A stretch of DNA of 49,451 nucleotides, filler included, from Sphacelaria rigidula (Eukaryota), in assembly GCA_964200075.2 (NCBI GenBank). It is 3 parts of 3 records of this genome, joined end to end, with 100 filler letters (N's around TTAATTAATTAA, not from the genome) between each part and the next. Parts side by side here need not be neighbours in the genome. Positions count along the whole stretch, not along the records: positions 16,521 to 32,936 come from CAXNAA020001367.1; positions 33,037 to 49,451 come from CAXNAA020001368.1; 1 more part is not named here. One strand, given 5' to 3'. Every line of letters begins with the position of its first letter. The stretch's first letter is position 1. Shown one piece after another: positions 24,082-35,293 of this stretch. The notes under the pieces were generated by a model that saw only the letters and a program-made list of their open reading frames with translations, was not told the origin of the DNA and did no database searches. The position numbers and the translations under genes are program-made.

Positions 24082-26349
24082 GGCCAGAAATTTCCGAAAT
24101 CAAAATAAAATGTTCACCTCCATCATAAAAAAATAAGAAAAAAAACTGCTGCTTCTTCTCAATAGCATGGACTTTCGACTCGTGCAGAATATGAATCCTT
24201 TTACATGTTGGGCTCAAAACTCCCCGCTGCGCTCTGATTGTCTGACGGATAGAGGGGACTCTGGTCACGGGGAACATGAGTTCGAACCCCAAAATGACCC
24301 TTCCTCTTGCATAATCTGGTTTCCGTCGTTGAGGTAGTTTTTTCATGCGGAACACTCCTGTATCAGTTGTGACAAGGTGATTTTGACAGTTTCGCACGAG
24401 CTTCTGCCCCTGAAATAAGCTAAAGCTGGTGTTTCTCGCCTCAGTGTGGGCTGGGCTTTTCTTCATGGTCTATCCAGAGCACGTTTCCGCTTCCCAGGAG
24501 GCCTCGTTGGGTAAGCACTTTTTTTTTTTAACTGTAATAAAAAATTCACCACGAGTATCGGGGAATGGATCGAGAAAAGGCGTTGCAGCCCAGTATCAGT
24601 TGGATACTTGTGCCTGTGTTCGTTGTTATGCGACAATCGGCTCGGGCTTTATTTCTCATAGTAGAGCTACTGACGAGCTTGATGCCATCTCGCAGCATTC
24701 CCAGTGGACTCTTGCCTGTGGGTGTCAAAGTTGTCACACGTAATTCCGCCGCGTTTGAACAAAATAAAACCAAGACTCAAAACACGCCGTCACGCCACGA
24801 AATTAGACGCACCCCGTACTCAATCCAGTACAATGATGCCATCGTCGAAACAATCGAACAGCGGCCGAGCCGTGCATGATTAGGTTGGTCTGCACTTCAC
24901 AACGATGTACTTACATCGGGCTGATTCCGGAAACTGAAAAAGTTGGTGTATGCCCAGGGCATTTTTTTCCGCTGGCCCACCTCGTACTGTTGTACAGTAG
25001 ACAGAAGATGCACCATAGGTGGCGACTTGCCCCCAGGGCCGGGGTTTGCCATGCATGATAATTCTTGTATTGTGAGTCGCGAGCCGAAAGAGGCATCGTG
25101 CTGACGGGTATGCAAAGAACACCATGGCACGGGAGACAATACGAGCCCGTAGCCCAGCGACAGACGCACGGGCCAACCGGCTATCAGATAAAACTACACA
25201 TCCAACACGACAGTACAACAGTAGTACTGTAACGGGTCCGCAGTTGTAGAGATGGACACAAAAGTGTGCACAAGAACATCATGTTCATGTACCTCTGGAG
25301 ACCACGAGGCCTACTCAACAAATCTGTAAGATAAATGCCTTTCCCACACGTCTATTTACAGAAAACTACAGCCTCGATTTCGAACTACGCCTGCCCACAA
25401 CCACCCCCTCCCGAGAGCAACTTGACCTAGCCATACACGACGAGCGGTCGGCGCTCGGAATGTTGCACATGCTGCTGGGCTAAAGAACGTGGTGCTCGGG
25501 AAACCGTGGCAGACACGCGGATACTACGAGCACGAGAACTTTTTGCTGCTGTACTGGACTGGATTGTTGTACTCACTTGATTTACCGTCTGTACCGCATC
25601 TTGCTGACTGCGCTGAGCTATTCCATACAATGCTGTGGTTTTGCGGCTTGCCTGCTCTGTCTCCGCCCCCTTGACTGGGAATTGCATGGCCGAGCATAAA
25701 TACACATACTTAAATCAGCCACGAGGCTACTCACACCACCTATGAGGCACACAGGGGGCACAGCCAGACACGTTTGCCATGATGCTATCGCACCCCGAAA
25801 ATTAGGGAAGAACAACACGGCAAACGTTACCAATTCGCTGGTAGCACTCCCACAACACACAAGCCCCGTCGCTTCACTTGTTCTGACACATATGCTTAGC
25901 TGACAACACCAGGGCTACTACACGTAGTTAAGAAGAATCTATTTCTGCCCGCCCTCACCTCCCGGAAATCTCCCGCTTGTCTCTCCACTGTCCACGTACT
26001 TCCTCTCCTCAGCCTTTTTCTGTAGCGAGTATCAGCCAGTATCACGTTGTTTATCACACCCCGAAATCTGTTCACCGTTTTACAATGGAATATGACTAAA
26101 GTTCAGTAATTTGGAAAATGGCTTTCATTCTCGATTTTTCTCGACCAGCTAACACAGCTCGGCCGACAACACCGTGTGGCAGGTTGTGTTGTAGGCTTGT
26201 GCGGAATCTTCCATTATTGGTAAAGGTAAGCGCTTTGCCTCCATCGTTTTGCCGTGAGACTCGTGGTGGGAGAGAACAGTGGTGCAAAGTTCGTGCTCAG
26301 GTCTGTTTGCCTGTGTCTTGCAGACCCCGACCATAACTGTAGTACTTTT

Positions 26350-27729
26350 CAGCTGAAATAGGGGATTTGTGTAACTCTTTAATTGTCGACGACTTACAAT
26401 AGTTTTTCGCTGCCACCGCTCACCCCAGTTGACGTTTGATCCCGAAGCTAGGGATTTGGATATACTAAGCATCCGCTCAACATTCCGAAACAAAAACCGT
26501 CTCTGCGCTCAATATTGAACGGGCTGAGTTTATAGGGGGGTGTTATTGATCGTTTTTGGTCCAAAACACAAGTATTTTCGGCTCCATTATAGTGCGATGA
26601 ACAGGCAAAACCAACAAGTGAGGGCATGGTTTAGTACGGAACAGACAGTAGAATACCTCCAGAGGGTTATGAGCCCTCGCCTCTCTGATACAGCGGGGTG
26701 CTCTGTCGATTAAGCTATGACGGTGCGTCGAGGACAGGACAGTGCTCAGGAGAGCTGATAGTGAAGCCCCCAGAAGTGGACTGGAAAGTAGAGGGAGAGA
26801 CGTGGGGCTAGCAGTGCGGGCTGGCACCGTGTCTCGGACAAAAAACAGGCCACAAACCAGTCAAGCTCACAGAATATGCTTGTGGTGTGGTGTACAGTCA
26901 AGCTCACAGAATGTGAACTTTATGGTATTGTGTGCGTTGGCTTAAAGCTTGGAGCGTACACATTGCTCCGTGGCTCCCAAGGTACACGGACAGTTCGACA
27001 AGTCTCCTTGAAGCGGTTTGGCCGACACCCGAGGAACCTTCAACCTTCCTCGTGGCTAGAAGTATCCTATGAACAAGACCCGTAGGTCTGGTTCTACATT
27101 GAACCATAAGGCATGTTGGGTTCGCATAGCTGGGACCCACAAGGGTTTGTAAAATTATTCACGAGAGCGATCGGGATTTGTTCACCCCCTGAGCTATGCA
27201 GAGATCGATTACGCAATTGTATTAGTAGGGTACTTTTCTGATTTTTTATTGTATAATATTCTTCCTTGGTACTCGAGAGCGTCAGCGTCGATAGATATTG
27301 GGAAAAGGATCGGGTCGTGGCCAGGGCACAATCCTCAAATGGTGTTGTCGGAGTGATACGAAGTAAGCACCTCGTGTATCAGGGGTGTGCTGTCGACCGT
27401 CACAGGGACAAAAACACCCAGGTATTTAGCTCTAGCGCGAGGAGTAGGTGGAAATTAAAAAAATGACGAACTTTTCATCGAGCAAAAATACCGAATGGTC
27501 AGGAGCTGGGGCTGGGTATTCGCAAGACCCCCCGAAAACCGGTCAGCCTGTAGGTCGTTCAGTGTTGGGTGCAGAGATGATTTTGTCCCGGAATTTGAAG
27601 CGGATACCATGTATCTCTCGATCCCCAAACGTTGGGATCAAACGTTCATTGGGATGAGCGGTGGCACGCGAAAACACTCTTGAAAATCGCCGACTACGAA
27701 GTGATTACAAAATATATACATTTCAGCTG
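26350..27729. mobile_element. Non-autonomous TIR element (CAGCTGAAAT family) carrying an internal insertion
   Basis: Ends CAGCTGAAAT...ATTTCAGCTG, with imperfect inverted subterminal similarity over ~190 bp. No transposase ORF. Confidence 0.75.
26593..27126. mobile_element. Putative solo LTR nested in the TIR element
   Basis: 534-bp segment absent from the sister copy at 21352. Ends TGCGA...TCGCA (TG...CA, inverted) with TAG on both sides. Confidence 0.5.
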
Positions 27730-27809
27730 CAAACTGATCCACCTCGTGGCAATGCCACCACGTCCAACGTTGGAAAGCTCTCATCAAGATCTCATGACGG
27801 CAGTATTGA

Positions 27810-27812
<3 letters not shown>

Positions 27813-27843
<31 letters not shown>
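27813..27843. repeat. (CT)n microsatellite
   Basis: Direct reading. Confidence 0.95.
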
Positions 27844-27845
<2 letters not shown>

Positions 27846-28218
27846 GAAGAGAAGCTTGAACGGTCGTCATTCATTCACGGTTTGTTCTCCAGCTTCACAT
27901 TTTGTACGGTATCGTACTGTGCTGTCGTACAAATACTCTAGATGTGGACTTGCGAGGGGATGTTGTACAATGTATACGCGCCTTATGAGACATGTCACCT
28001 CCCGTACCGCACACCATACTATCGAGGCCCGCTTTGACATCACAGCATGCATGGCTGAGAGAGTGAGATTCGCCGTAGAAAGTTCGTATTTTGTCAACCC
28101 GCATGTCCTTAATCGCGCACACGCGTCAGCAAGTTGATGTAATGCAGAGGTATGGAGAACCGAAGGCTTTCTTGGGGTCGAGTTGTCTTGTTACCCCGCC
28201 CATTTCTTGTTGTCTCCT

Positions 28219-28532
28219 CCAACTCCTCTCCTTCTTACGGGCGAGTCCGTGGTGTCCAGAAATCGACCCATACCTCCCCCGGTACACGCCTTACACTTTA
28301 GTATCGCGGGTCGGATCATGACCATCAGCGACCTCGCATCGCGTCGACTGTCGTCTGTCCAACTCAGCCAAACAGGCTGTTTTTGCTACTCACGCCCCCA
28401 CGCTTTCAACGACCGAACTGAAGAATATTTGAGAAAATAAGCCAAAATAGACGCGACCGGCGGGCATCGAACCCGCGTGTTCCCCGCCCTGATGGTGTCA
28501 GTGGTGCCGTTTTTAATTTAGGCCGCCGGGGC
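28219..28532 (-). mobile_element. tRNA-derived SINE, family B
   Basis: Minus-strand head GCCCCGGCGGCCTAA...GCGGGTTCGATGCCCG. Body shares CGAGTCCGTGGT, CCCCGGTACACGCCTT and CATGAC.ATCAGC with 20563-20879. Confidence 0.75.
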
Positions 28533-28915
28533 CGTGGTGGCCTGTACTTTCATATCTGCAAACACGACTTTCGTCGTCGTGGTCCTTCTCCCTTCCCGAT
28601 GCTGTCGTGTGCCAGGGCGTGTCACAAGTGGAGCATATTTCAGCTGGAACCACCCTTCTTTCGTGTAAGCCGACTGCAACAGCCCTGATGATACGTTTGA
28701 AACGATTCGTGAACCTACGGCTGCACTTCTGTTGATGCCCTCGATCTGTTTGCATTGCCCATCCCTGCTGCCGTCACCTTTTCTTGCTTGCAATACAGCA
28801 AAATATCCGCGATTGAATCAGGAGGCAACACAAAATTAAACCGGGAATTCACATCCACCGCTGAAGGGAACATTTTCTGTTGCTGGTCATCAAATCAAGT
28901 GAAGAATATAAGAGC

Positions 28916-29015
28916 ATGGCCAGCCCGTTGGCGAGGATAATCGCGCAGCTAGCCGTAGCAAGCGCTGGGATCGTATCGAGGGCCTTCGTCTCCGCCTACT
29001 CGCAGGCCGTCCACA
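28916..29015 (+). CDS. PAM16: PAM16/TIM16 (mitochondrial import motor J-like protein) exon 1
   Basis: ATG at 28916: MASPLARIIAQLAVASAGIVSRAFVSAYSQAVH A|GTGAGA. Matches the PAM16 N-terminus pattern (IAQL...xRAFxxAYxQA). Too short for the ORF track. Confidence 0.9.
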
Positions 29016-29105
29016 GTGAGATCGAGTTAGCGCGTCGTGGTTGTAGATGACTAGGAAGACTGCGGGTATCACGTTGAGCATAAAAGTACAGTGTGTCGAG
29101 AAAGC

Positions 29106-29159
29106 CAATAACCACTGAGGTACTCGGTCAGTGCTGACTGAGTACCTCAGTGGTTATTG
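29106..29159. repeat. 54-bp near-perfect palindrome in PAM16 intron 1
   Basis: CAATAACCACTGAGGTACTCGGTCAG-TG-CTGACTGAGTACCTCAGTGGTTATTG. The arms are 26 bp with a single G:T pair. Confidence 0.95.
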
Positions 29160-29364
29160 ACTTGAAGAACAAAAGTTTATGTCCGAAGTCCGTATAGCTG
29201 TTGAGCCACGAGCATGGGTGTTACCACACGGTTGCAATCACTGTAATCAGCGCTGCTCTACTTGCCCGGGATGATACCTATCGGAATGAACAGCCGGAAA
29301 AATACCCACCGGAAGTCCATAAGGAGGATTATTGGCATTTTTCTGACCGTGACCAATTAGCGAA

Positions 29365-29450
29365 TAAATTTTTGGCACGGGTGAGAATCGAACTCCGGAC
29401 ATGAGCTTTGCTGAAAAAGCCTACATCCAACAACATCCACTGAGCTACTC
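29365..29450 (-). repeat. Degenerate tRNA-like (SINE head) sequence
   Basis: The minus strand reads GTAGCTCAGTGG...GGAGTTCGATTCTC..., with A/B boxes but no proper cloverleaf. Confidence 0.55.
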
Positions 29451-30584
29451 ATTATATTGGCTTTCTCAACGCAGTGAACGGCTCAAGTCGTCTAAAGTGA
29501 GAAGCAACCGGGGAACCTTACATGTAGGGCTGCTAACTGGCGGCTCTGGTCGGTCAATCGATGTTTCCCTAGTTAATCGGCAAGCTGACTAACCGGGAAA
29601 ATGTTGGCGACGAGTGGCAAAAATGCGAGCCCCCCCCCCTCAGCTGGTGATAAATGGTGACCACAGAAGGCGAAGCAGGACGGGGATAAAATGTGTAAGT
29701 TGTTTTTGTGTAATGTATGGAAGAAACGTAATTAGCACGGAAATGTTGGAGATGTCTCTATTAGAAGTAGGAACGGTGTTCCATCTTGAAAGGGATGCGT
29801 GGTCAATAGTCATACGACTAAGGCAAGCAACAAATAAGAACGGTCCCCTCAGCTGGTGAAGGAGAACGCCCCGCAGGAGCGCCGCCGGAGGCACGAAAAA
29901 GGCGATATTTGACTTGTTTCGTCTTCAAAGTTGTGGATAGTTGAAAAATGTGAGCCTTCGCACTTGGGAGCTAAGAGGCGTAGCTGACATTTAAATATCA
30001 TCCAACGTGGTGAGTGGCTCGGAAACCGCTCGTCTGTAGTGTGCAGCAGCAGAGACTCTCCATAACGAGCGGAGGATGAGAACAAGTAAGCCAAGTGGAG
30101 TTTCACGACTTGGATCGACGGGCCCCGACCAATTCGTTTGAATTTGGAACGGCTTAGTCCCCCCTTGTGCTTCGGGTGTTTCAGTAAATTCAAGTGTCGA
30201 AATTTTACTGCATTTCACGTACGACTACATAGCGAACATCTTCAATGCGCTCATGATGTTTCATGTGGAGATCAGGCCCATGGTTTTTCCAGGGATAGGA
30301 AAGTAGCCGTCCCCTGGAGAGTATCCACCGTTTCGTCCTATCGCAAACTAGCGGTAATGCACCTGGATATTCTAGGAGTACGTTGTAGGGGTATCGCTGT
30401 TTCGACGATACGGGCTGGGTCAGGGTGAATCCCCAAAATGTATCTATTCCCCACCAGATCCAGAGTGCAAAAGTGACTCGATAGGAAGCTATTTGGTATC
30501 ATGGTGCCCCCACGAGCAAGCAAACAGTGTGACATGGCCAGATTTTTTCTTGTCGTCCTTTGCCGTGGCGCTGGTGGTGGATGT

Positions 30585-31265
30585 GTTTCTTGGCCAGTCA
30601 GGGGCCTTCAAACTGTTCTGAAAATAACCATGCGAATCCCCGACTCGTTTGTATGTACCCAATCTTATCACGAATCAAACCTTAGTCACCGCCATGCGCC
30701 ATCAGCTAAGGAATCTAACATGAACAACAGATCTGAAAACGGTTTGTATTTGATCGACTTCTACCCCAAAACGTGGCATTTCGGTGTTCTGGGGTTTGGT
30801 ATCGTCGGATTTCCACTCATGATATGCATCGAAGACCCAGAAAGCCTCTTGACGCTTTCCCTCGTAACTTTCGTCGGAAAGCTCCGGTCACTCTCAAACT
30901 TGGCAGTTTGGTAGATGTGGGTCCGACGAATGGCAATAAAAACGTTGAAGAACGTGTCAGAGTTTATCCGCTCTTTACCAGCTTCCGGGGGTCCTAGTGT
31001 AAAGACCTCCATGAGCCGGTACAGATTACTTTACAATGAAAAAAACAAATTTAGTTCGTCCCGAGGAAGTCCAGGGGAGGTTGTACAAATTTTCGTTGCG
31101 TAAGTCGGAAAGCTGATCCACAGCGGTTGATTGAAGCTCATACTATAGTCAAGTAATTAGAGGCATTCCGCGAACACTTCTGCATACTTCAACGCGCATA
31201 CGGACGATTGTTCACGCCGGTTTTCCAAGTCAGACCCTGAAATTTCGCACACCGGTGCTCTGAGA
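30585..31265. repeat. Internal fragment of the CAGGCTGGTTCACG element family
   Basis: Shares CCTTCAAACTGTTC, GAATCTAA, GATTTCCACT.ATGATA.GCA..GAAGACCCAGA.AGCCTC.TGACG and TCACGCCG...AGACCCTGAAATT with 35480-36540. Confidence 0.68.
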
Positions 31266-31654
31266 AATTAAACTTGGCTGTACGAATGGCGACTTTCGAT
31301 ATATATTTTTTCTCGCCAGATACCCGGGGTCTCAGGAAGCGGTGTCAGTTTAGAAAGACTGTATGTCGTTGTGACCATGGCATGAAGTGCCGTGCGCACA
31401 GAGCTTCAAACAACCAAGTGATGCGGAAGGAAACGAAAGGGCAAAGAAAATCCGAGATGGTGCGAGCTGGAGTCAACGTAATCGACCAACCGTTCGACCG
31501 CCGCGGTGTGTCATCTGAGGGAAGTGGACCACCGAACTACACAAAGTATTCCTGAACCCGTTTGTTTCCGGAACTATTTTGGTTGGTTGTTCGGTGAAAA
31601 TGGAAGTAGTTTTCACCAGTGACCACGAAATGGTATCCTGCTATCTGCATTGGG

Positions 31655-31838
31655 TAGTTCGGTGGTCCCTTTCCCTCGTCGATCGTGAAGCCGAAGTTTG
31701 TGTACCCACGACGTGGTCCCTCTTCACCGTTGGGCATGATGTGAGGACAAATCCCAGATCGTGTGACTCCACCAAGATTTGAACCTGTCTCAACCGTCAG
31801 AAGGTTCTGAGGATACATACTAATCCCCGGAGAGACCG
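31655..31838 (-). mobile_element. tRNA-derived SINE, family A, partial (in PAM16 intron 1)
   Basis: Reverse complement of the 5' half of family A (CCGTCAGAAGG, TTTGAACC, CCCAGATCG, GTACCCACGAC). Confidence 0.72.
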
Positions 31839-32150
31839 GCCTACAGTGCTGTACATAATTGGCCTGTGTAGGTCGGTGAATTTTCGAGTGCAGAAAGTAA
31901 CTGCGTGTAATGTTACTTTTCTCTTGGACGTGGAATGCTTTCTCACGGTCTAAGCGCGACACGTACACACGACGGAAGCCTCTAGTAGTATCCCACAAGT
32001 GGGCTCAATAATTCCACGTGTTTTTCTTGCTATCTGTGTGGTGTGGGCATATGTGTACACTGTCCAACGGATTTAGTATCGGGCGTTGCCTATGAACAAA
32101 CACCCGCTTAATCACCACGCACCGACCACAATGTCGCTTGTTTCGGGCAG

Positions 32151-32275
32151 ACGCACGGAGTGGGACCAAGGAGGCGGCCAAGGCCATGGCGACCAAGAGC
32201 AAATTGTCTCAACAAGAGGCGTTGCAAATTTTGAACCTTCAGAAAACTGAAATGAAGCCGGATCTTATTCTCAAG
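32151..32275 (+). CDS. PAM16: PAM16 exon 2
   Basis: Acceptor TTTCGGGCAG, phase-compatible with exon 1. Encodes NARSGTKEAAKAMATKSKLSQQEALQILNLQKTEMKPDLILK|GTGCAG. EAxQILN is the first J-like helix. The exon with the GGSFY motif was not found before the contig end. Confidence 0.9.
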
Positions 32276-32936
32276 GTGCAGTCGTCCACGTGATCCGTAT
32301 TTCGTGGGTCGGGCGGTGGTGTGTTTTTGCCAACTGCAGATATTTTCACTGTGAGCTGCAAAGCGACCGTTGCTTTCTAGTACCAAGAACTGCCCGGGAA
32401 CAAAATGACGACTGTGTTGAAGATGTTTCCGCGGTCTCCTCTTCCCGTTTTTGAGTGCAGGACGAAATTGATGCCGACTTGAAAGTTTAAGATGTTAGGT
32501 GCATCTACCTTTGCCATGTAGTGTTTGGTTCATACTGTCCATGTGCTGTGTGCGTGAACCCGAAGGTGCAGGTAATGGGCATGTTACATTCGATTGATGT
32601 TGTTAGCTGTCGCTTGTGAATTCTGTTCTTTGAATTCGAGCACCTCTTGGCATTTACTGAATTGCGGGTACCCCTCATGATTTTGCCCCAAGTAAGTGCT
32701 CGTGGTGTGAGATAGTGACATAGCCGATGCCCTTTTAGCACGATTGTTGACCAGTAACTAAGACGCGGTGATTGCCGACCCTTTTTTACGGTGATGGTTG
32801 TAACGGTTGTAACGTCACCAACGTTCCCGATATTGTCAATCCCCCCTAATCCCCTCTACCCCCATGTAATACGTTTTGTGTAATGTATGGTCGCCGCTCC
32901 CCGGTGGTGTAATGGTCCGACTGTCGCCATTAGGGT

Positions 32937-33036
32937 NNNNNNNNNNNNNNNNNNNNNNNNNNNNNNNNNNNNNNNNNNNNTTAATTAATTAANNNNNNNN
33001 NNNNNNNNNNNNNNNNNNNNNNNNNNNNNNNNNNNN
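32937..33036. other. Artificial contig-joining linker
   Basis: Identical 44 N + TTAATTAATTAA + 44 N. Confidence 0.97.
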
Positions 33037-33289
33037 CACACCGCCGCGCCCCTGGTTGTCTGAGGTCAATGGGTCCAGCTGGCATCAAAGGGTGGAGAGA
33101 AGGCGGGTTAGATCCCCCCCCCCCCCCCCATGTGGTCAAGTTTTTTACTTCGGAGTATCTTAATGAGCTCTTCTATCCCATGTAATGAGAAATAGTAGTG
33201 GTGGTAGTGGAAGGTCGAGCCTGCGTCGCTGACCACGGGTTCGTGAGGAAATAGTGATAATGTCGACTGCTACAATATATTTTAAATAT

Positions 33290-33490
33290 AATTTCCGCTG
33301 TTGAAAGCGGAAGGACGTGAGTGGACAAGAATAATCCGACTGAGGTCGTTTAACGACAATTGACGCAGTGCGGGAGTGCTGATCCAATCCGCGAGGCCAA
33401 AATCCAAGGTGTGTACCGTGCAGAGATGGGTTGACCATTTGGGCCCACGCACTGGTCCCGAGGTAGAGGACGGGTACGGAGTGTGACGGG
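33290..33490 (+). mobile_element. SINE family B body
   Basis: Reverse complement of the 20590-20780 body (GTGCGGGAGTGCTGAT, CCAAAAT.CAAGG.GTGTACCG, AGAGATGGGTTGA). An oppositely oriented tRNA-like head follows at ~33500-33577. Confidence 0.68.
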
Positions 33491-33826
33491 AAAAAAAAAA
33501 GACGCACATCTACCGGGAATCAAACCCGCGTTTTTCCGACCTAATGGCTTCAGTTGTGTCATTTGACCAGTGGGGTGTGGTGTCTAAGCATGGGCACATG
33601 GAAAACCAAGTAAGGTTACAAGGAAACGTTCGCGTTGTCGTAATTCGTGGCATCGCACTGGAAAATGACTGGTGTACCGCGCGGTCAAACGCGTTCGTTT
33701 CAGTTTGGAGTGTCAGATCGTTGCTGGGGGTGATGTCTAGGTGGAACAAGCAGGACGTTATTTCGTTTCACGCAGGGGTACACGGCATACGCATACATAT
33801 CTTCATGTATTTTTGTGTGTATGTTG

Positions 33827-33862
33827 TGCTGCTGCTGCTGCTGCTGCTGTTGCTGTTGCTGC
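33827..33862. repeat. (CTG/TTG)n microsatellite
   Basis: Direct reading. Confidence 0.9.
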
Positions 33863-35293
33863 TTCACAAATGCGCGAAACATTCCATGCTTATGTTCCGT
33901 AGGCTTTACCCAGAAGTGGAAAAGTTTTGGTTGCCATGCCAAACCACACCCGAACGTGTACCAAACGAACGTTTCGCTCCGAACACTCCGGTATGGTTCG
34001 GAAGAGCATTTGCCGATAAAATGCCTCTTTTTCTACACTTCAGTAAATATCCTATAAAACTTCCAGCCGGTGTACTCTACAAAACACAACCTTCATTTTA
34101 CAGACGAGCGATGCTGCGACAGCCCCCCCCCCCCCCCCCCCCCTCCCAAGCAGAAAAAAAACGCCTTTAACGAGGTATAATCTAGGCGGTGGGTTCATGG
34201 GTACGGGTGGAGTTATATAACGCAAACACTAATATAAATTAATTCAAATTACTAGAGGAAAGTGCCCTATTAGGCCCAGTGCCATATTAAGCACACTTTG
34301 GAAAAAACGGTTACAAAATGACGCCCACTACATGGAACTCCTCCTTTTTTTGTTCGCAACGGTGAATCTACACCTCCAGCTTTCACTTGCGCTCTGCAGC
34401 GTGCCGATCGACGTCGCCACTCACGAGCTACAGCAGTCACAGTCACTGGGTCTGGCCGTGCAGGCTGATATTGGTTTTCGATCGTGCTGCTAAGGACGAA
34501 GCAAAATACGACACGGCATGTAGTCTTGAGCGTGGCGAAAGCGGCCCGAAGCACTGACAGGAGCAAGCACATGACACCTACGGCGGCTGAGAAGGCTGTT
34601 TTAGCGCTGTACAGCACTCGCCACCTGAAGAGCGGATTTGAAAAGGGTACGACAGTCGGTCCTGCAGCAGTTTTGACCCGACGAGAATTTTTATGTTGCT
34701 TTTAACTGTGACGCGGGCGAAATCAGGAGCATGTGCCCATGTTTGAATCCCCATAAAATGAGCGAACTGGCACCAAAATCCATGACTTTGTTTCGGGAGT
34801 CTTCACATATCCACACAGCAGTCGATCAATGCATTAAACTGTTGGGTTTGCGTCGCCTGCCGTGCACGGGGCACGTATGAAGTAAAAATACACGGAAAAT
34901 TGCCCCGAAATCAACGGTCCTGAACCCCGGGGACGTGTGTTTTTTGTCCCCGGATATGGGCATGAGTGTGCTTTTCGGGAGTGATGTCAAGTACACACAT
35001 TATGTGCACACCAAATATTGGGTTCTGAGACGTTCCAGAACGCAGGTAATCACATGATGCGCAAAAATGTGCTTGTTACGACAGCAGTCGTACTTTCAGA
35101 CTTTTCTGCGAAGAGGAACCATGAATCGCAGAGCCGCTACCGCCTGCCTCTCCACATCACTCTTTTTTTTTTCTTTTTTTTTTGGATGTTGGAGAGTAGT
35201 CTAAGCTATCGTTGGATACCAAAGTGTCGGTTCAAGTCGAAACACTGCCGACAAACCAGCCATTGGCGTCAGGGGTGAGTGAAGGTGCAACTA

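Noticed and set aside
29365..29450. Functional tRNA gene (also the SINE heads at 16651, 20011, 45503 and 28460-28532)
   Set aside because: A/B boxes are present but acceptor and anticodon stems are not consistent, and most continue into shared SINE bodies.
33544..34170. 208-aa ORF with poly-Leu and poly-Pro
   Set aside because: The runs come from a CTG microsatellite and a poly-C tract, and the ORF starts in a SINE head.
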